Shown here: piece by piece, positions 35,411 to 49,394 of the stretch | Numbering within the stretch: the stretch's first letter is position 1 | How the letters are laid out: each line of letters begins with the position of its first letter | Assembly: GCF_001194135.2 (NCBI RefSeq) | Contig: NC_068985.1 | Span: 55,018,670 to 55,082,669 of the forward strand | Source: Octopus bimaculoides | Taxonomy: Eukaryota | Reading direction: 5' to 3' | Length of the DNA: 64,000 bases | Notes under the pieces: model-generated | Databases searched by the model: none | Seen by the model: only the letters and a program-made list of their open reading frames with translations | Told to the model about the DNA's origin: nothing | Program-made: the position numbers and the translations under genes

Positions 35411-36639
35411 CCAGCTATGACATATAGCATCCTGTACTAGGCACAGTACTGTAGCCATTTAGCAGTTTTAGTTTTAGTATGTGTAATATCCTAAAAAGAA
35501 TCTTTATTTCACCATCAACACCTCTTACTGTTTGCCATTACTACTTTATATGATTTCAATATTTTCCTTGCCAGCCTCACAGAAAACCTAACTAAAAAAC
35601 GTAACAATATTTCACATTCTTATAGGAAATTGAATAATGGCTGATTATAGAATACATTGTAAAAGTAAGGAGTGAATAATTCATTTTCCACAGAAGACTG
35701 TAGAAAGAAACATTAATAAAATATATCCAATTATCAAATGGTGAAAGAACACTAGCATTACCTGATTACTTCCATAAATTTCTAACTGGAAACAGACAAT
35801 TTCATTTAAATATTTATAGGACAAAATTTAAAATTAAAAAAAGGTAAAACGTAAAAAAAAAAAATAAATGATAGCTCTCTTTAATGCCAAAATATTGTTT
35901 GTCTTGTATGATAAAACATTCGACAGACATTTAAATAGTACTAAATAGAAATTTAAACTTGAAACATTTAATAATTTCATAACTTTTTTTTTTAATAAAA
36001 AAAGGAATTTAGTTATTACTCATTAAAATCTCACTGATAATATACAAAAAGCATAAAAATAAGGTCAAATATGGATAATTAGTAATTTTGAAAAGTAAAA
36101 ACCATCATGCACACATCCCTTTTTCCTATGTTAATGTGGGTTTGATGGTACAGTGAATCCAGCATATTAATCACAGGTGTATTTCAGCAGACAGTTTATG
36201 GTTGAGTGACTAACTTTGCTAATACTTTCAACTATTACACATAATTAACAAAGTATTTTACTTACAACTGTACTACTGCTGCTACTGCAACTACTCAACA
36301 CAATATAAAGTTTGAAATAGTAAAACAGTCAAACATTTTAACCACTTATCATGTCTCTTCCATTTCTTTTTGCTTGCATTCACAGAAAATATTTATCTCC
36401 TGCATTAAAAATGTGGAGTAAAATGAATTTGATCATTCCAGTGTAAGAATGTTACTTCTTTACTCCAAAACAGCAACTATCACCTCTAATACTTTAAACT
36501 GAACATTTACCACATTAATCCCTACCACTTTTCTAACCCCACTTCCTTCTGAATAATAGTAAAGACATAGGGATTAATACCTTATCTCTGTATCAAAGAG
36601 ATATTTCAAATGGAGTTCTGATGTTTTTTTGATAAAGAA

Positions 36640-37010
36640 AATTCATCTTTCCCTGAGAGATGGCAGTAACATCACTCCAACTAAACACGGTTCTTCTATC
36701 CAGGAAAACAAAAAAACCATCATTGTAGCTGAATTCACAGTGAACCTGAGAGGACAAACTTCATATTTCTCACTAAGTGAAGGAAGCTAAATATCAGAAC
36801 TTGATTGATGATACTCTAGACAAAGGATGGCATATAACCTCATACCCCAACTGAAGTTGAGCAACATGGTTTCCTAGCAAAATCAGTGTACTATTTTTTG
36901 TAAAAGGTTGGTTTGGAACCTGAACAACTGAACAAAATCACAAGAGAGATTGCTATGCCAGATGAGACCAGCTCACAGTGGCTGTGGGTAACAAGTTACT
37001 ATAGATGGAA
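36640..37010 (+). mobile_element. Decayed HERO/R2-type RLE non-LTR retrotransposon, C-terminal endonuclease fragment
   Basis: Frame-corrected translation FP*EMAVTSLQLNTVLLSRKTK.IIVAEFTV...KEAKYQNLIDDTLDKGWHITSYP.EVEQHGFLAKSV..FL*KVGL..EQLNKITREIA...ETSSQWLW follows the 'T.LRPD..ELTVPWE..K..KY..L...GW...VEVG.RGF...S.WLW' pattern. Confidence 0.7.
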
Positions 37011-37177
37011 GCTTTTTTGTATGCAAACGCTAATTCAGTCCTCGTTTTGCCCCACTCAGGCGACACTTCTGTGCTAAGGAGCGAAACATTTGCGACCTTG
37101 AGATAATTGCTGTAGATACAAAATGTTTTCAACATTGTGACAGCTCTATTTACCATCAAGAAAATTGTTTACAATGT

Positions 37178-37407
37178 CTAATCCTTTTGTTATCATATTT
37201 CCATTAAAATATATAGGCTTTGCTTAATTTAATTTTGAAAATAATGAAGAATTTTGCAAAATAACTATGTCATTATTATGCTGGTGTTTGGAATATAAAT
37301 TGACAAGAAATTTTGATGGAAGATGTTAGTTTATATCACTTTAAAATAAGAAGTGTGTGTCTTAGAACTAGAAGTAGTCTCAGACAAGTTGACATCAAAA
37401 GGGTTAG
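37178..37407. mobile_element. piggyBac-type MITE (family 1)
   Basis: ctaatccttttgttatc...catcaaaagggttag; interior homologous to 16622-16843. Confidence 0.75.
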
Positions 37408-38121
37408 ACAGCTCCTGCAGTTTCTGCTTAAGGCACAGCATCTCTGATGTTTTAACAGAATTGTAGAAATTAATCACACTTGAATCTGAACAATCAACAA
37501 AATTAATTCCCAACTGTTTTTATTATAGCAGCTTCACTAACTTAAACTGTTCATCTATAGTTGAATCAATATTGAATTACAACCCAACCTTAAAACAAGA
37601 GACCCTTTAGGTGGTCAATAAACCTGCTGAAAATAGCAGCCAAATCTTAGAATAAGGTAGTGGAAGGCCTTTAATCATAAATGTTGTTGATCAAGGTTAA
37701 AATTTTCGATGAACAACATCGTCTAGCAGTTCAATATTGATAAGTTATCTGATAGAAAAATAACAACATTTGATTAGTAATAAGAGCTAAACAGTTTAAT
37801 GTATCCATATTTAACTATAAATGTCCATATAATGCTCTGATAAGAGAACACCACTTCCATCTCCCACAGGGAACCTGGTATTAACATTAAACATGGTGGT
37901 CAGTGAAGTAAAATATGTTATTGTCTAGAGAGTTACAGAATAAATGGTGATGTTATTGTGATTAACACTCCCTTTTTTTCCCTAAAGTAGAATGTGATTT
38001 GAGAAATATTTATCTACTATTTCTAACCTGTAGAGGCCAACCAAGCAAGCTGACACATTAAGATATGTAGGAGTTGACAAAGGAGTCAAAACTGTTTCAC
38101 TTTTGCTTACCACAGTGGTTT

Positions 38122-38181
38122 TCTTCTGAATAAATCTTCTGAAAGACCACACCATATCTTTCAGAAAATTTATTCAGAAGA
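38122..38181. other. 60-nt near-perfect hairpin (25-bp stem, 10-nt loop)
   Basis: tcttctgaataaatcttctgaaaga (38122-38146) vs tctttcagaaaatttattcagaaga (38157-38181): 24/25 complementary. Confidence 0.85.
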
Positions 38182-38398
38182 TATAACATACAAGTATATA
38201 CTATACAAAGATATATGGCATACTGATATATGATATAAAGATATGTCATACAAATATATAGTACAAAAATGTAAGTGGATATAGAATATAAAGATATATG
38301 ACATAAAAATATAAGATATATAGATATATGAAATAAAGATATTTTATATCTTTATATAAGATATATGACATAAAAATATGAAGATATATATGATGTAG

Positions 38399-38800
38399 AT
38401 GCAGGCATGGCTGAGTGGTAAGAAGTTTGCTTCCCAGCTATATGGTTCCAGATTCAATCCCACTGTGAAGAAATTAAGGCAAAGCCTTGAGTAGATTTGG
38501 TAGATAGAAACTGAAAGAAACCTGTTGTGTGTATGTGGATATATATATGTATGTATCCATGTGTGTGTCTTTGTGTATGTGTCTGCCCCTGACTACCACT
38601 TAACAACTGATGATAGTTTGCTTACACCCTCATAGCTTAGCAGTTCAGCAAAATAGACTAATAAAATAAGTACTAGGCTCAAAAACATAAGTACTGGACT
38701 CAATATGTTCGACTAAACCCTTCAAGGTGGTGCCCCTGCATTGTCACAGTCCAATAACTGAAACAAGTAAAAGATAAGAAGCTAAAGATAAGAAACAAGT
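38399..38800 (+). mobile_element. Family-B SINE with type-ii tail
   Basis: gcaggcatggctgagtggtaagaagtttgc...hinge...aataagtactagg...ctgaaacaagtaaaagataag. Confidence 0.8.
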
Positions 38801-40774
38801 ATATATAAAGATGTGTAAAATTATATAACTGTCAACAAGCTATAGTTATTGAGGGAGTGTCTGTGTAGTCACACAATATGCTAGAAGTAGCAGCCAAAAC
38901 TTCCTCCTATTACACCCTACAAACTTAAAAATGCTAAGTTATGCCTTTGGTCACAAGCCTGCTCAGTCAAGGACAATCTGGGGTTCAACAGCAACAGGCT
39001 ATAATAGAATTGTTACCATTTAACTGAAACAACAAGAGCAATCTGGTTGAAGTATGATAATAGTTTGCAATATCTGATAGGTAGAAGTGTTGTTTGATAT
39101 TGCACATTGTGTTGGGTTGCAGATATTTGATGGCTATACTTTCTAGGTTCAACTCCTCCCACAGGCTGACTTCACCATTCATTTATCCAGAAATAGATAC
39201 TCGATACTAGGGAATTAAGTAAAACAGGACTCCACCACCCAAGCTGGAAATTTGAAACTGGAACAGTTTTAAAAAAAAATACTGAAAAGTAGATTGGGAC
39301 AGAAAAAGATGACTTTATTTAACTGATGGAAGTTCAAGTAAGATATTTCTTAAACATAAAAAAAAGTGGTTTGACTAAAAGCTTTTAAACAAGTCTAACA
39401 GTGAAAGAAACATGAGATAGCAAAAAATAAGGAAAAGCAATATGTAAATCTGATTGGTTGAAAAAACAATAGCCATAGAGATGTAATAATTGAACTAAAG
39501 TAGATTTAAATGAGAGAGTAGTTATGAATAATTAAGTCAATAATTAAGCTGGCAGAGTGAAAATTAGAAGTTAGGCTAATGAATTTTATAACATTAGTGA
39601 TAAATACTGCAGTGAACATAAAATAATATACATGGCAAAAGAGGTAACTGTGTCAATATAGACAGCATATGTTGGTTGTAAATATGATGTAGTTTGTTAG
39701 TGGAGGGCACATTTGGTAAAGGTAGGTCTAGGATAATTTAGAAAGAAGTGAGAAGGGCAGATCTGAGATCAGTGACTTTTCAGAAATGAGATGATACATG
39801 ATTGAGACAAATGGAGACAAGCTAGCCTGCAGACTTGTCTCAATCTAAGTTAATTGGAAAATAGATGTTAATGGTAAAGTTACTTCCTGTTTATATTATA
39901 TCTCTTGAACAATTAAGAAAGAATAATTTGTAATGGAGAAAACTAAAAGATTTTCTCTTTTTAATACAGCTGAATACATAAAAAGAAAATATCCTTTTAC
40001 ATTTGGAAATTTACAATCAAAAGCAAAGACGTGAATTATATTTCATTTAAGATATACTGGCTACTAGTAATGAAGCCATTATGTTAGAAAATACATGCAT
40101 GTCTAGTACCATTCCATATCTTATCTAAATTTTCTTAGATTTCCTTACAAAGACTACAAAGAAAGGAAATAAAATCCAATCTATTTAATATGTCTGATCT
40201 AACATATTAATGATCCTTAATAAACCAAAAGTCTTTTCGTCTCATGGTTACAAGATTCAGGTGGATTAGAGGCAAGAAAGGTGCAGATAATGCATTTTTT
40301 TAATGTAATCTAAAGGATTTTCTCGATGTAGACAAAAACCTTAAAGGAACAGGATCAAGAGGTGATGGAAAAAGCTGAGTGTTTTTTCCAAAGTGATTCT
40401 TCAAAAATATGATTCTTGTACCATGGAAAATGTTATTGTAATGTAATACCAGAACTATGATGATTGATGGCTTTGCAGTCATGACAGTTCTACCTTTTTC
40501 CCTACAGATATTACATACCTATGACTTAATTATCCAATATGCTCTTCACTTTATTTTTTTTTTTAAGACAAAAGTATGAGTTGATAGAAATTTTGCAACT
40601 GATTCCAGGCAGTTGAGTGACTCCCATAAAAACATCCATGTTGGTTCATGAAATATGGAAGTTGTGATGGTAGATTGCATTTCTCCTCTATCCAATATTC
40701 TGTTAAGATATATTTAGGTGCTAAATGTTAAGACCCAGCAATGATTCTAGTGTTGGCTGTTATTTTATATATTA

Positions 40775-41290
<516 letters not shown>

Positions 41291-42019
41291 AGTAAGTTAA
41301 GGGAAATAACTCAAACTGGTTAATGGCACAAATTTATACAATCTAGGAAGGTGGTGATGACAAATGCCTCAAAAATATTTCAACAAATGGAGATAAAGCA
41401 CATCATACATTATGTTGACACCTGGATTAACTACATTCATGCAATTGGTCCAATTTAGTTATTTTCTTTGGCAAATTTGATGTAATTATACAGTTAGTAT
41501 GCCTATCCTAAACTAATGTTTTACAATAATAACAATGATATTAAATATAAATAGGCTTTTAACAAGACTTTTGAGAAAAATTATTGATTAATTTAAAGTG
41601 TTAATAACAACTATATCATCATTATCATTGTTTCAATTTCTACATTTTTTATGTTGAGGATGGCTGCTTTTCCTGTCACCAACCCTTGTCTGTTTCCAAA
41701 TATAGCAACATTTCTTCTAGTCCTTTGAACACAAACAGCACAATGGCCAGATAAGGTTTTCATGAATAATTGCAAACAAACACTATCTGTATGACCATAT
41801 CCTTTGTTTACAAACTAGCCTGCATGCACATATGACAGGCTTCATTCAGGTTGCTTACAAGACTATGAACGCTGAAAGAGGGACAGCTTTATGCTTGGAG
41901 ATGAAGGGCTAAAGTATGAGAGAAGAGGCCAAAGCAGAAGAAATTTCTTGCTGTTCAGGAGCTACATTGCTACTCACATTTCAGAAAAGAGAGTGGGAAT
42001 AATCAAGGCTAGACTTAGG

Positions 42020-42055
<36 letters not shown>

Positions 42056-42480
42056 AAAATGAAAAATAATAATGAGGCAGAATGCTAAACTGAAAGCATA
42101 TTTTAATATAGATGTGTAAAAAGGATTTCTAACCAGTTTCCATTGCATGGCAAATTTTCAAGAAGAGGGAGAATGAAAATGTTTTTTACAAAAAAGTAAA
42201 AAATAATATATAAAAAAAATAAATATACCAATACATTATATTGTCTTTGAGCTTTTAAAGTTCAATGGTAATCCATGTAGATAATAGTTGGAAAAATTAG
42301 GATGCATGAAATTGAGAGTTGTGTTTGGTTGAAAAAAAGAAAGGAGACTGAAAGTTTATGTGTTAAGCAGAAAGTGTGGTGTCAAAGCAGGAATTGTGGT
42401 GTCAAAACAGGAAGTGTGTGTAAGAGAAGACAATTCTGTGGGTTTTATACTCTTTAGCTGGAGTTATATATATATATATA

Positions 42481-43849
42481 CTGTTGTGTCTGGGGAGAGT
42501 CATTTTATTTTTGTGCCTTATAATTTAACACATTCACCGGTAAAATTTCCACTTATTTCTTATTTTTAATTTCCTAAAATTTTCGTTGCATCTTGCAACC
42601 TTTTCAATAGTCTTGACTCTGTCCATTATTTACACTGTGTTCCTTTTTGTTTGTTTGTGTGCATATGTGTGGGTCAGTGTGTGTGTGTGTGTATGCCTAT
42701 GCATGCATGTGTGTGTATGTATATATGTGTGTGTATGCCTATGTATATATATGTATGTGTGTGCATCTGTATGTATGTATTCTGCATATTCATGTGCTTG
42801 CATGTCCGTGTTTGTGTATTTTTTATGTGTGTGTTTTGCAACTATGTATCGTGTTTGTAAGTATGGATGTGCATCTGCATATGTGTGTATACATGTCTCC
42901 ATATGTGTCCTTGTGTGAAGTAAAGTGTGTGTCTATATATGGTCATATGTTTCAGTCTCCATTTGCATATGTGCTTGTCTGTTCATATAACCTATGTACC
43001 TGTCCGTCTGTATGTTGATCCATATGCTTACATACATGTGCATATACACACATATACATACACCTACACACACACACACACACACATACATCTATCTACA
43101 CAGCGGCCCACTAACTATTCTACTCTACCTGTGAAAACTGTGGGTATGGAGGTATGATATCTACTATGTATATTTCCTATTTAGTATTGGGGAAGTTTCA
43201 TTTATAAGGATGTACTCCCGTATTTATCTGAGTGTTCATACCCACAGTTTATGCAGGTAGAGTAGAATAGTTAGTGGGCTGTTTATGTAGATAGATGTAT
43301 GTGTGGGTGTATGTATATGTGTGTATATGCACATGTATGTAAGCATATGGATATGAAAATAAGCAGATCAACACACAGACGAATAGGTACATAGGTTATA
43401 TGAACAGACAAGCACACATACGCAAATGGAGGCTGAAACACATGACCATATATACACACACACTTTACTTCAAACAAGGACACATATGGAGACACGTATA
43501 CACATATTTGGAGATGCACATCCATACTTACAAACAGTACATAGTTGCAAAACACACACGCACTCAGACATGCACACACAAGGAGACAGAGGTGCATACA
43601 TATACAAACACAGATACATACATGCATGCATGCATAAGCATACACACACACACTGACCCACACACATGCGCGCAAACAAACAAAAAGGAATGTAGTGTAA
43701 ATAACGGACAGAGTCAAAACTATTGAAGAGGTTGCAAGACGCAATGAAAATTTTAGGAAAATAAAAATAAGAAATAGGTGGAAATTTTACCGGTGAGTGT
43801 GTTAGATTATAAGGCACAAAAAGAAAATGATTCTCCCCAGACACAACAG
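42481..43849. mobile_element. 1.37-kb foldback (long inverted-repeat) element
   Basis: Left arm 42481-43148 and right arm 43237-43849, with an 88-bp spacer. The outermost 60 bp are 56/60 identical and the termini are CTGTTGTGTC...GACACAACAG. There is (TA)n on the left flank. Confidence 0.9.
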
Positions 43850-44134
43850 AATATGCTTCAACACACAAACTCACATAAAGAATCTTGGAAATCAAATCTC
43901 AAAACGAAATATAGTTATATATATATGTCATTACCATTATTTTTTAACATCTGTTTTCCATGCTGGCATGGGTTAGGCTGTCTGGCTAGAACTGGTAAGC
44001 TAGAGAGCTGCAACAGGCTCTAGTTTGTTTTGGCTTGGTTTCTATAGCTGGATGCCCATCCTAACACCAACCACTCCACAGAGTGTACCAAGTGCCTTTG
44101 ACATATCACACAAGCACACACACACACACATTAC

Positions 44135-44269
44135 AGGTGCAGGCATGACTATGTGGTAAGAAGCTTGCTTCCAAACAACATTGATTTGAGTTCAGTCCCA
44201 TTTCATGGCACCAGGCCAACTAAAGCCTTGTGAATTTGATATACAGAAACTGAAAAAAGCCTATTGTGT

Positions 44270-44344
<75 letters not shown>

Positions 44345-44610
44345 CACACACAGTGTTTGTGTGCGCGCGCATTGCCGTCTCCTTGTTTTGTCATTGTGTA
44401 ATAGTTGGATAGTGCCCTTCATTTCCAGTCTTCTGAGATATGTCTGGTCATGGGAAAATATTACTTAACTTAAAACAGGTAAGTGTTGGTGACAGGAAGG
44501 GCATCTGACTATAGAAAATTCACTTGCATCCAATAATAGAGAATCTGCCACAACAAATTCCATTCGACTAATGGAAGCAGGGAAAAGTGATAGTTAAAAT
44601 GATGATGATA
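44135..44610 (+). mobile_element. Family-B SINE with (TA)n hinge and type-i tail
   Basis: gcaggcatgactatgtggtaagaagc...hinge...ggtgacaggaagggcatctg...gttaaaatgatgatgat. Confidence 0.8.
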
Positions 44611-45299
44611 TATACATCCACACACAAGTGTACTGTATTAACAATTATTTAATTACTAATGCATCTAACTAATTACGATAGAGTTATAAAATGACAACAG
44701 AGGAACACTGAAGACTAATACATTCCAAGAGTAATGTTTGCAGGTAGAGAGATTGCACCATCCAGCAGGTTTACTTACTGCTACTTTAGAGTAGCTTCTA
44801 AGACACCATGTCCAAACTTTTTCTCTGCCCTGCATCCTTAGGTAATATTTGATCAATTTTTACATCCACTATCTACAAAAAGTAACATCACATTTGAACA
44901 TGAAAAAGTCGATTTTCTTATTAACTAATTTACTTTCCTTTTTGCATTGAACCACATGCAGCTCTGTGGGTGATCAAATTGAATTAAAAATAATATAGAC
45001 TTTTATTAAAAATAAAAGTTCTTGTTATGCTTGACAGAATAATGTTATTTTTAATAGTTAATACTTTTATTCTGAAAAACGATTTTAAGATACATACTTT
45101 CTCTCTTTGTATCACTCCATGAAATGCCATATGACACCTCCAGGGGTGTTACAGGCACCTCATGCTGAGAACCTGTGTCATAAGACAACATTACATATCA
45201 AAACCAAGAGAGAAACATTATACTATCTAACATGTAGAAGGTAAGGAAATTTAAACACTGACATCATTGTCGTCATCATCATCACTACTATTATTATTA

Positions 45300-45545
45300 A
45301 AATGGTGAGCTGGCAGAATAGTGCATCAGATAAAATACTTAGCAGTATTTCTTCCAACTCTACATTCTGAGTTCAAATCCTGCCAATGTTGACTTTGCCT
45401 TTCATCCATTCAGTTGAAGAGTGGGGTCAGTGTAATCAACTTGCCTCCTTTCCTCAATCTGTTGGCTTCGCACCAAAATTTGAAACCGTTTCTACTACTA
45501 CTGCTGCTACTGCTACTACTATTACTACTGCTGCTGCTGCTTCTA
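45300..45545 (+). mobile_element. Family-A SINE with a degenerate (ACT/GCT)n tail
   Basis: gtgagctggcagaa...ctgagttcaaatcc...gactttgcctttcatcc...ccaaaatttgaaacc. Confidence 0.75.
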
Positions 45546-45989
45546 CTACCACTACTATTATTATTTGTGTGTGGAGAGAGAGAGAGAGAGAGATAAAGTT
45601 TGAAGATAAAAAAATGAAGGAAAAGCCACTTGAGAGAAGTGAAATCTGTTGAAGATAACTACTGCAGCTACCTACCTATACAGCCACCTATCCACCTACC
45701 AACAATACCAACAGTTCTTAATCTTCTGACATTTGTCATACACATTATACACAAGCAATTTCACTGCAGATGAAACCATAGCTCATAAAACAGCACTTCC
45801 CTCTCGACCAGCACTGCAACAACAACACTAAGTTAAATATTTTCATTGACATGCTAATCTTCTCCATACCAATGTATTCATTCACATGCTAATGCATATG
45901 CATACATATTTACATAAATACATACATATAGACAAATACCTTCCTTCACATTACATTGACTTTTCTATGGCTGTATTGAGGATGGACAG

Positions 45990-46810
45990 AGACTTACTGA
46001 AGCAGTATTCTATGGCTGGATGCTTTTCCTGTCACCAACTTCCACCAGTTTTTCATTAAATGTTTTTTTAAATTTTATTTCATCAATCATTACAAGCTGA
46101 AAAGTGCTGAGCTGCAAGACATTGTTTACAAGGGAATGTAAGCATTCACACACAGACATGCACATAAATACATTAATAAACATGCACGCACACACACACA
46201 CACTTTCCTCCAATGATCAGTTTCACTCAAAGCATTGATCAGCCTAAGACCATAGTAGAACGCACTTGCTCAGTGTGCTGAGCAGTGAGGAACAACTCAG
46301 GACCAAGTGGTCATAAAGCAAACCCTATATTCATAAAGACATTCCTGTGCCTCTTCTTACCTGCATGTATGTGTGTGTGTTTCTGTGTGTGTGTGTGTGC
46401 TGGCATAGCTGTTTGGTAAGAGGTCTGCTTCCCAACAACATAGTTCTTGGTTCAGTACCACTCTGTGTATTACCTCGGGAAAGTGTCTTTTATTTGAGTC
46501 TCGGGTTGTCCAAAGCTATGTGAGTGAATTTGATAGATGGAAACTGAAAGAAGCTTGTCATGTGTGTGTATGTATATGAGAGAGAGAGAGAGAGAAAGAG
46601 ATAGTGTGTGTGTGTCCTACCGTCACTTGGCAACTGGTGTTGGTATTTTTATGTCCTTGTAATATAGCAGTTTGGCAAAAGGGACTAATAAAATAAGTAC
46701 CAGGCTTTCAGAAAAAAAAAAAAAAGCAGGTACTGGGGTCAATTTGTTTGACCAAAATTCTTTAAAGTGGTGCTCCATCATGACTGCAGTCTAATGACTG
46801 AAACAAGATA
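45990..46810. mobile_element. Divergent pair of family-B SINEs (- 45990-46340, type-i tail; + 46395-46810, type-ii tail)
   Basis: Recognisable modules in opposite orientation. Confidence 0.65.
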
Positions 46811-47559
46811 TATATGTATGTGTGTGTGTGTGTGTGTGTGCATGTGCAGACTCACGCATACACACACATGCATATTCTACATTCATTTATTGTTAACAGG
46901 AAAACTGTGCGCATCCACCCCCACCCTAACCACCAATTACCAGGAAATCCTTCATGAAGCCAAACAAGGATGTAATCCCTCATCAACTAGCACCTTAGAA
47001 ACAGTTATCTTACAACAAAGTGGGTATTAGGAGTACCTTTTCCTAGAACATAATCATCTAACATAATTCTGATTTTAGTGATGCTGCAAACGAGTATGAG
47101 CCCTACTTTGCCAGATACTTTCATTATCTTAGAAACTATCTCTGATGGACCAGTTATATTTCCTGCCTGCATGTCTAATTACACTGGCAGCTTCAAAGGT
47201 TGGTCCTTTTGTTGGGTCTACCTTTCAATTCCCTTCCTCACTCTCCTGTAAACCCTCCTAATTCAGCAATCTATATATCTGCAAGTATCACATATTTCTA
47301 GGCTTCACACCTATTATACATACTTTCAAAGTACAAGGTTAAATATATATTTTTCTAAGTTCCTGGCAGGCTGCTATATTTTCTCTTACCAGTGTGATTC
47401 ACAGGAGAGTACAGGAATATAGGACAAGAACACTTTTGAGGAGGAAAGAAAAAGTTGATGCATGACATAGGTAGAACTTTAGGATCATAGGTTGACAGAT
47501 ATATGGTAGATGTGGGGGCATGCGTGACTGCAGCATATTGCTGCATCCACTATTTGTTG

Positions 47560-48420
47560 CTATATTCCTGGGTCCTCCTGGTGATGAATAGAGTCCCAGT
47601 CAGTCCCCATCTCTATGAGACGCCTCCTCATCTGCTGTGAACACAAGGCATGTGGTCAACCAACACAGGCTGTCACCCCAGCTGGATCCTCAGTGAAGAC
47701 AACACAATAAGCAGGGTCTAATTCAGAAAATCAAGCAACCTGGCCAAACTGTCTTTGTCTTGGCTTCCACTCTGTTCAAAGCCTGCATAAATTGGATACT
47801 TGGCTGAATGGTGGCTCAATCAAGTTGTGGTGCATTCATTGGTGAAACTAGGATTACCAATCTAGATTTTGCTGATGACACTGTTGCTGAGTCTTTGGAT
47901 GTCTTCAGGAAAGCCCTACTTTCACTGATGAAGTGGAATCACTTGTCCTTAGAGTCTCTTGGGTTAAGACAAAGATCCAGTCTTTTGTTGGCTTCTTGGA
48001 GGATTTCACCTTGTCTGTCTCCGTTGTGGGTGAGAATGTTGACATTGTTGACTGTTTCACTTATCTTAGTAGTGAGACTCATAGCATCATTAGCTGTGAG
48101 TCTAAAGTCTTAAAAAGACTGGGATGACCTGGTGCAGTTGTGAACTCACCGGGCAAATGTGTTTGGTGCTGCTGATATCAGTGCAGGAGGACAAAGGTTC
48201 GAGTCTTTAGGTCTTTGATACTCCCTGTCCTGTTCTATCACTGTAAGACTTGGACAATGTCTGGGGCCCTTAGGAGCCATCTGAACTTCTTTGACACCTG
48301 GATGCTTAGCAGGGTTGGGGGTCACCATTGGTTGGATTTTTAATCCAATGAATGACTCTACTCAGAAACTGGGATGTGTCCTGTTACTTGTTTGATTTGG
48401 AAGCATCAGCTTAGATTGTT
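47560..48420 (+). mobile_element. Decayed RTE-clade LINE reverse-transcriptase fragment
   Basis: GAFIGETRITNLDFADD, LRVSWVKTKIQ, VDCFTYLSS, RRTKVRVFRSLILPVL, KTWT, FDTWMLSRV.G.HW; several frameshifts. Confidence 0.85.
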
Positions 48421-49394
48421 TAACAGATATAGCACTATAATTAATAAATAAATCTTAAGCAGAGTATATAAATCTATATCAGATGAAAATTATGTATATC
48501 AAAGCTCCATTATCTTCAAATACAGAGCACAAAGAAACTCCAAGCTGAGATAACACATGGTTTTAATGAAGAATATGTACAGCCAAACCAATAATGTTAA
48601 TGAGGTGAATAAGTGAAACTATGGTTTAATATATCTACTTCATTAAGAGGACTGATTATAACACTAAAATGGTGTCAACAAGTCTCTGACTAGAACTTGA
48701 GGTGACAGTGACAGAGTTCTTTGAAAGTCAAAGAAAATGGTGTTAATATTTCACTGACAAAGACAACCTTGACCTTCTGGGGTTCTTAGAAATTCCAGTC
48801 AATGACAATGGTTAGATTAAACTAAAACTACATAATCATATTTAACAATTAATCGCAATAGATTTGTAGCACAAAATAAAGTTTTAATTGGAAGGTTTAT
48901 ACGTAAATAAAAGCATCTTCTACAAGTGATTACTTAGCTATATTAGCTCCTTCTTTATAGCTCAAGAAAAAATAATAAAATAAAAGTTAACAGACTAGCT
49001 CTGCAAGGAACATATAATGGAAATGATACGATACATATAACATATCAGCACAGATAGCCTGGAAAATATATCTGACCAAGAAAACCCCTTGAAACCCAGA
49101 GTTAAAACCCATCAGGTAAGGACAAGCATCATCATGTGAAAATACTACCTACATCATATAGATTCTAAGACAAACATGGAGAAGCTATTAGAAAAAAAAA
49201 AAGCCATTGAAGTAACAAAGGAAAACTAATTACAAAAACATTACGCATACACAGTGAATTCCATTCACATATCCATTTGACTAATCGTCTCAACCATTTT
49301 ACTTAAACTTACAATTAAATACTGTTGGGGAGGGGGTTTACTATTCACTCAATTGTAACAACAACCATGTTGTGAAAAAGAAAAAAACAATAGT

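Noticed and set aside
37331-37513. 60-aa protein-like minus-strand ORF (GINFVDCSDSSVINFYNSVKTSEMLCLKQKLQEL…)
   Set aside because: Its 3' half is the piggyBac-type MITE, the acceptor lacks a pyrimidine tract, and there is no donor.
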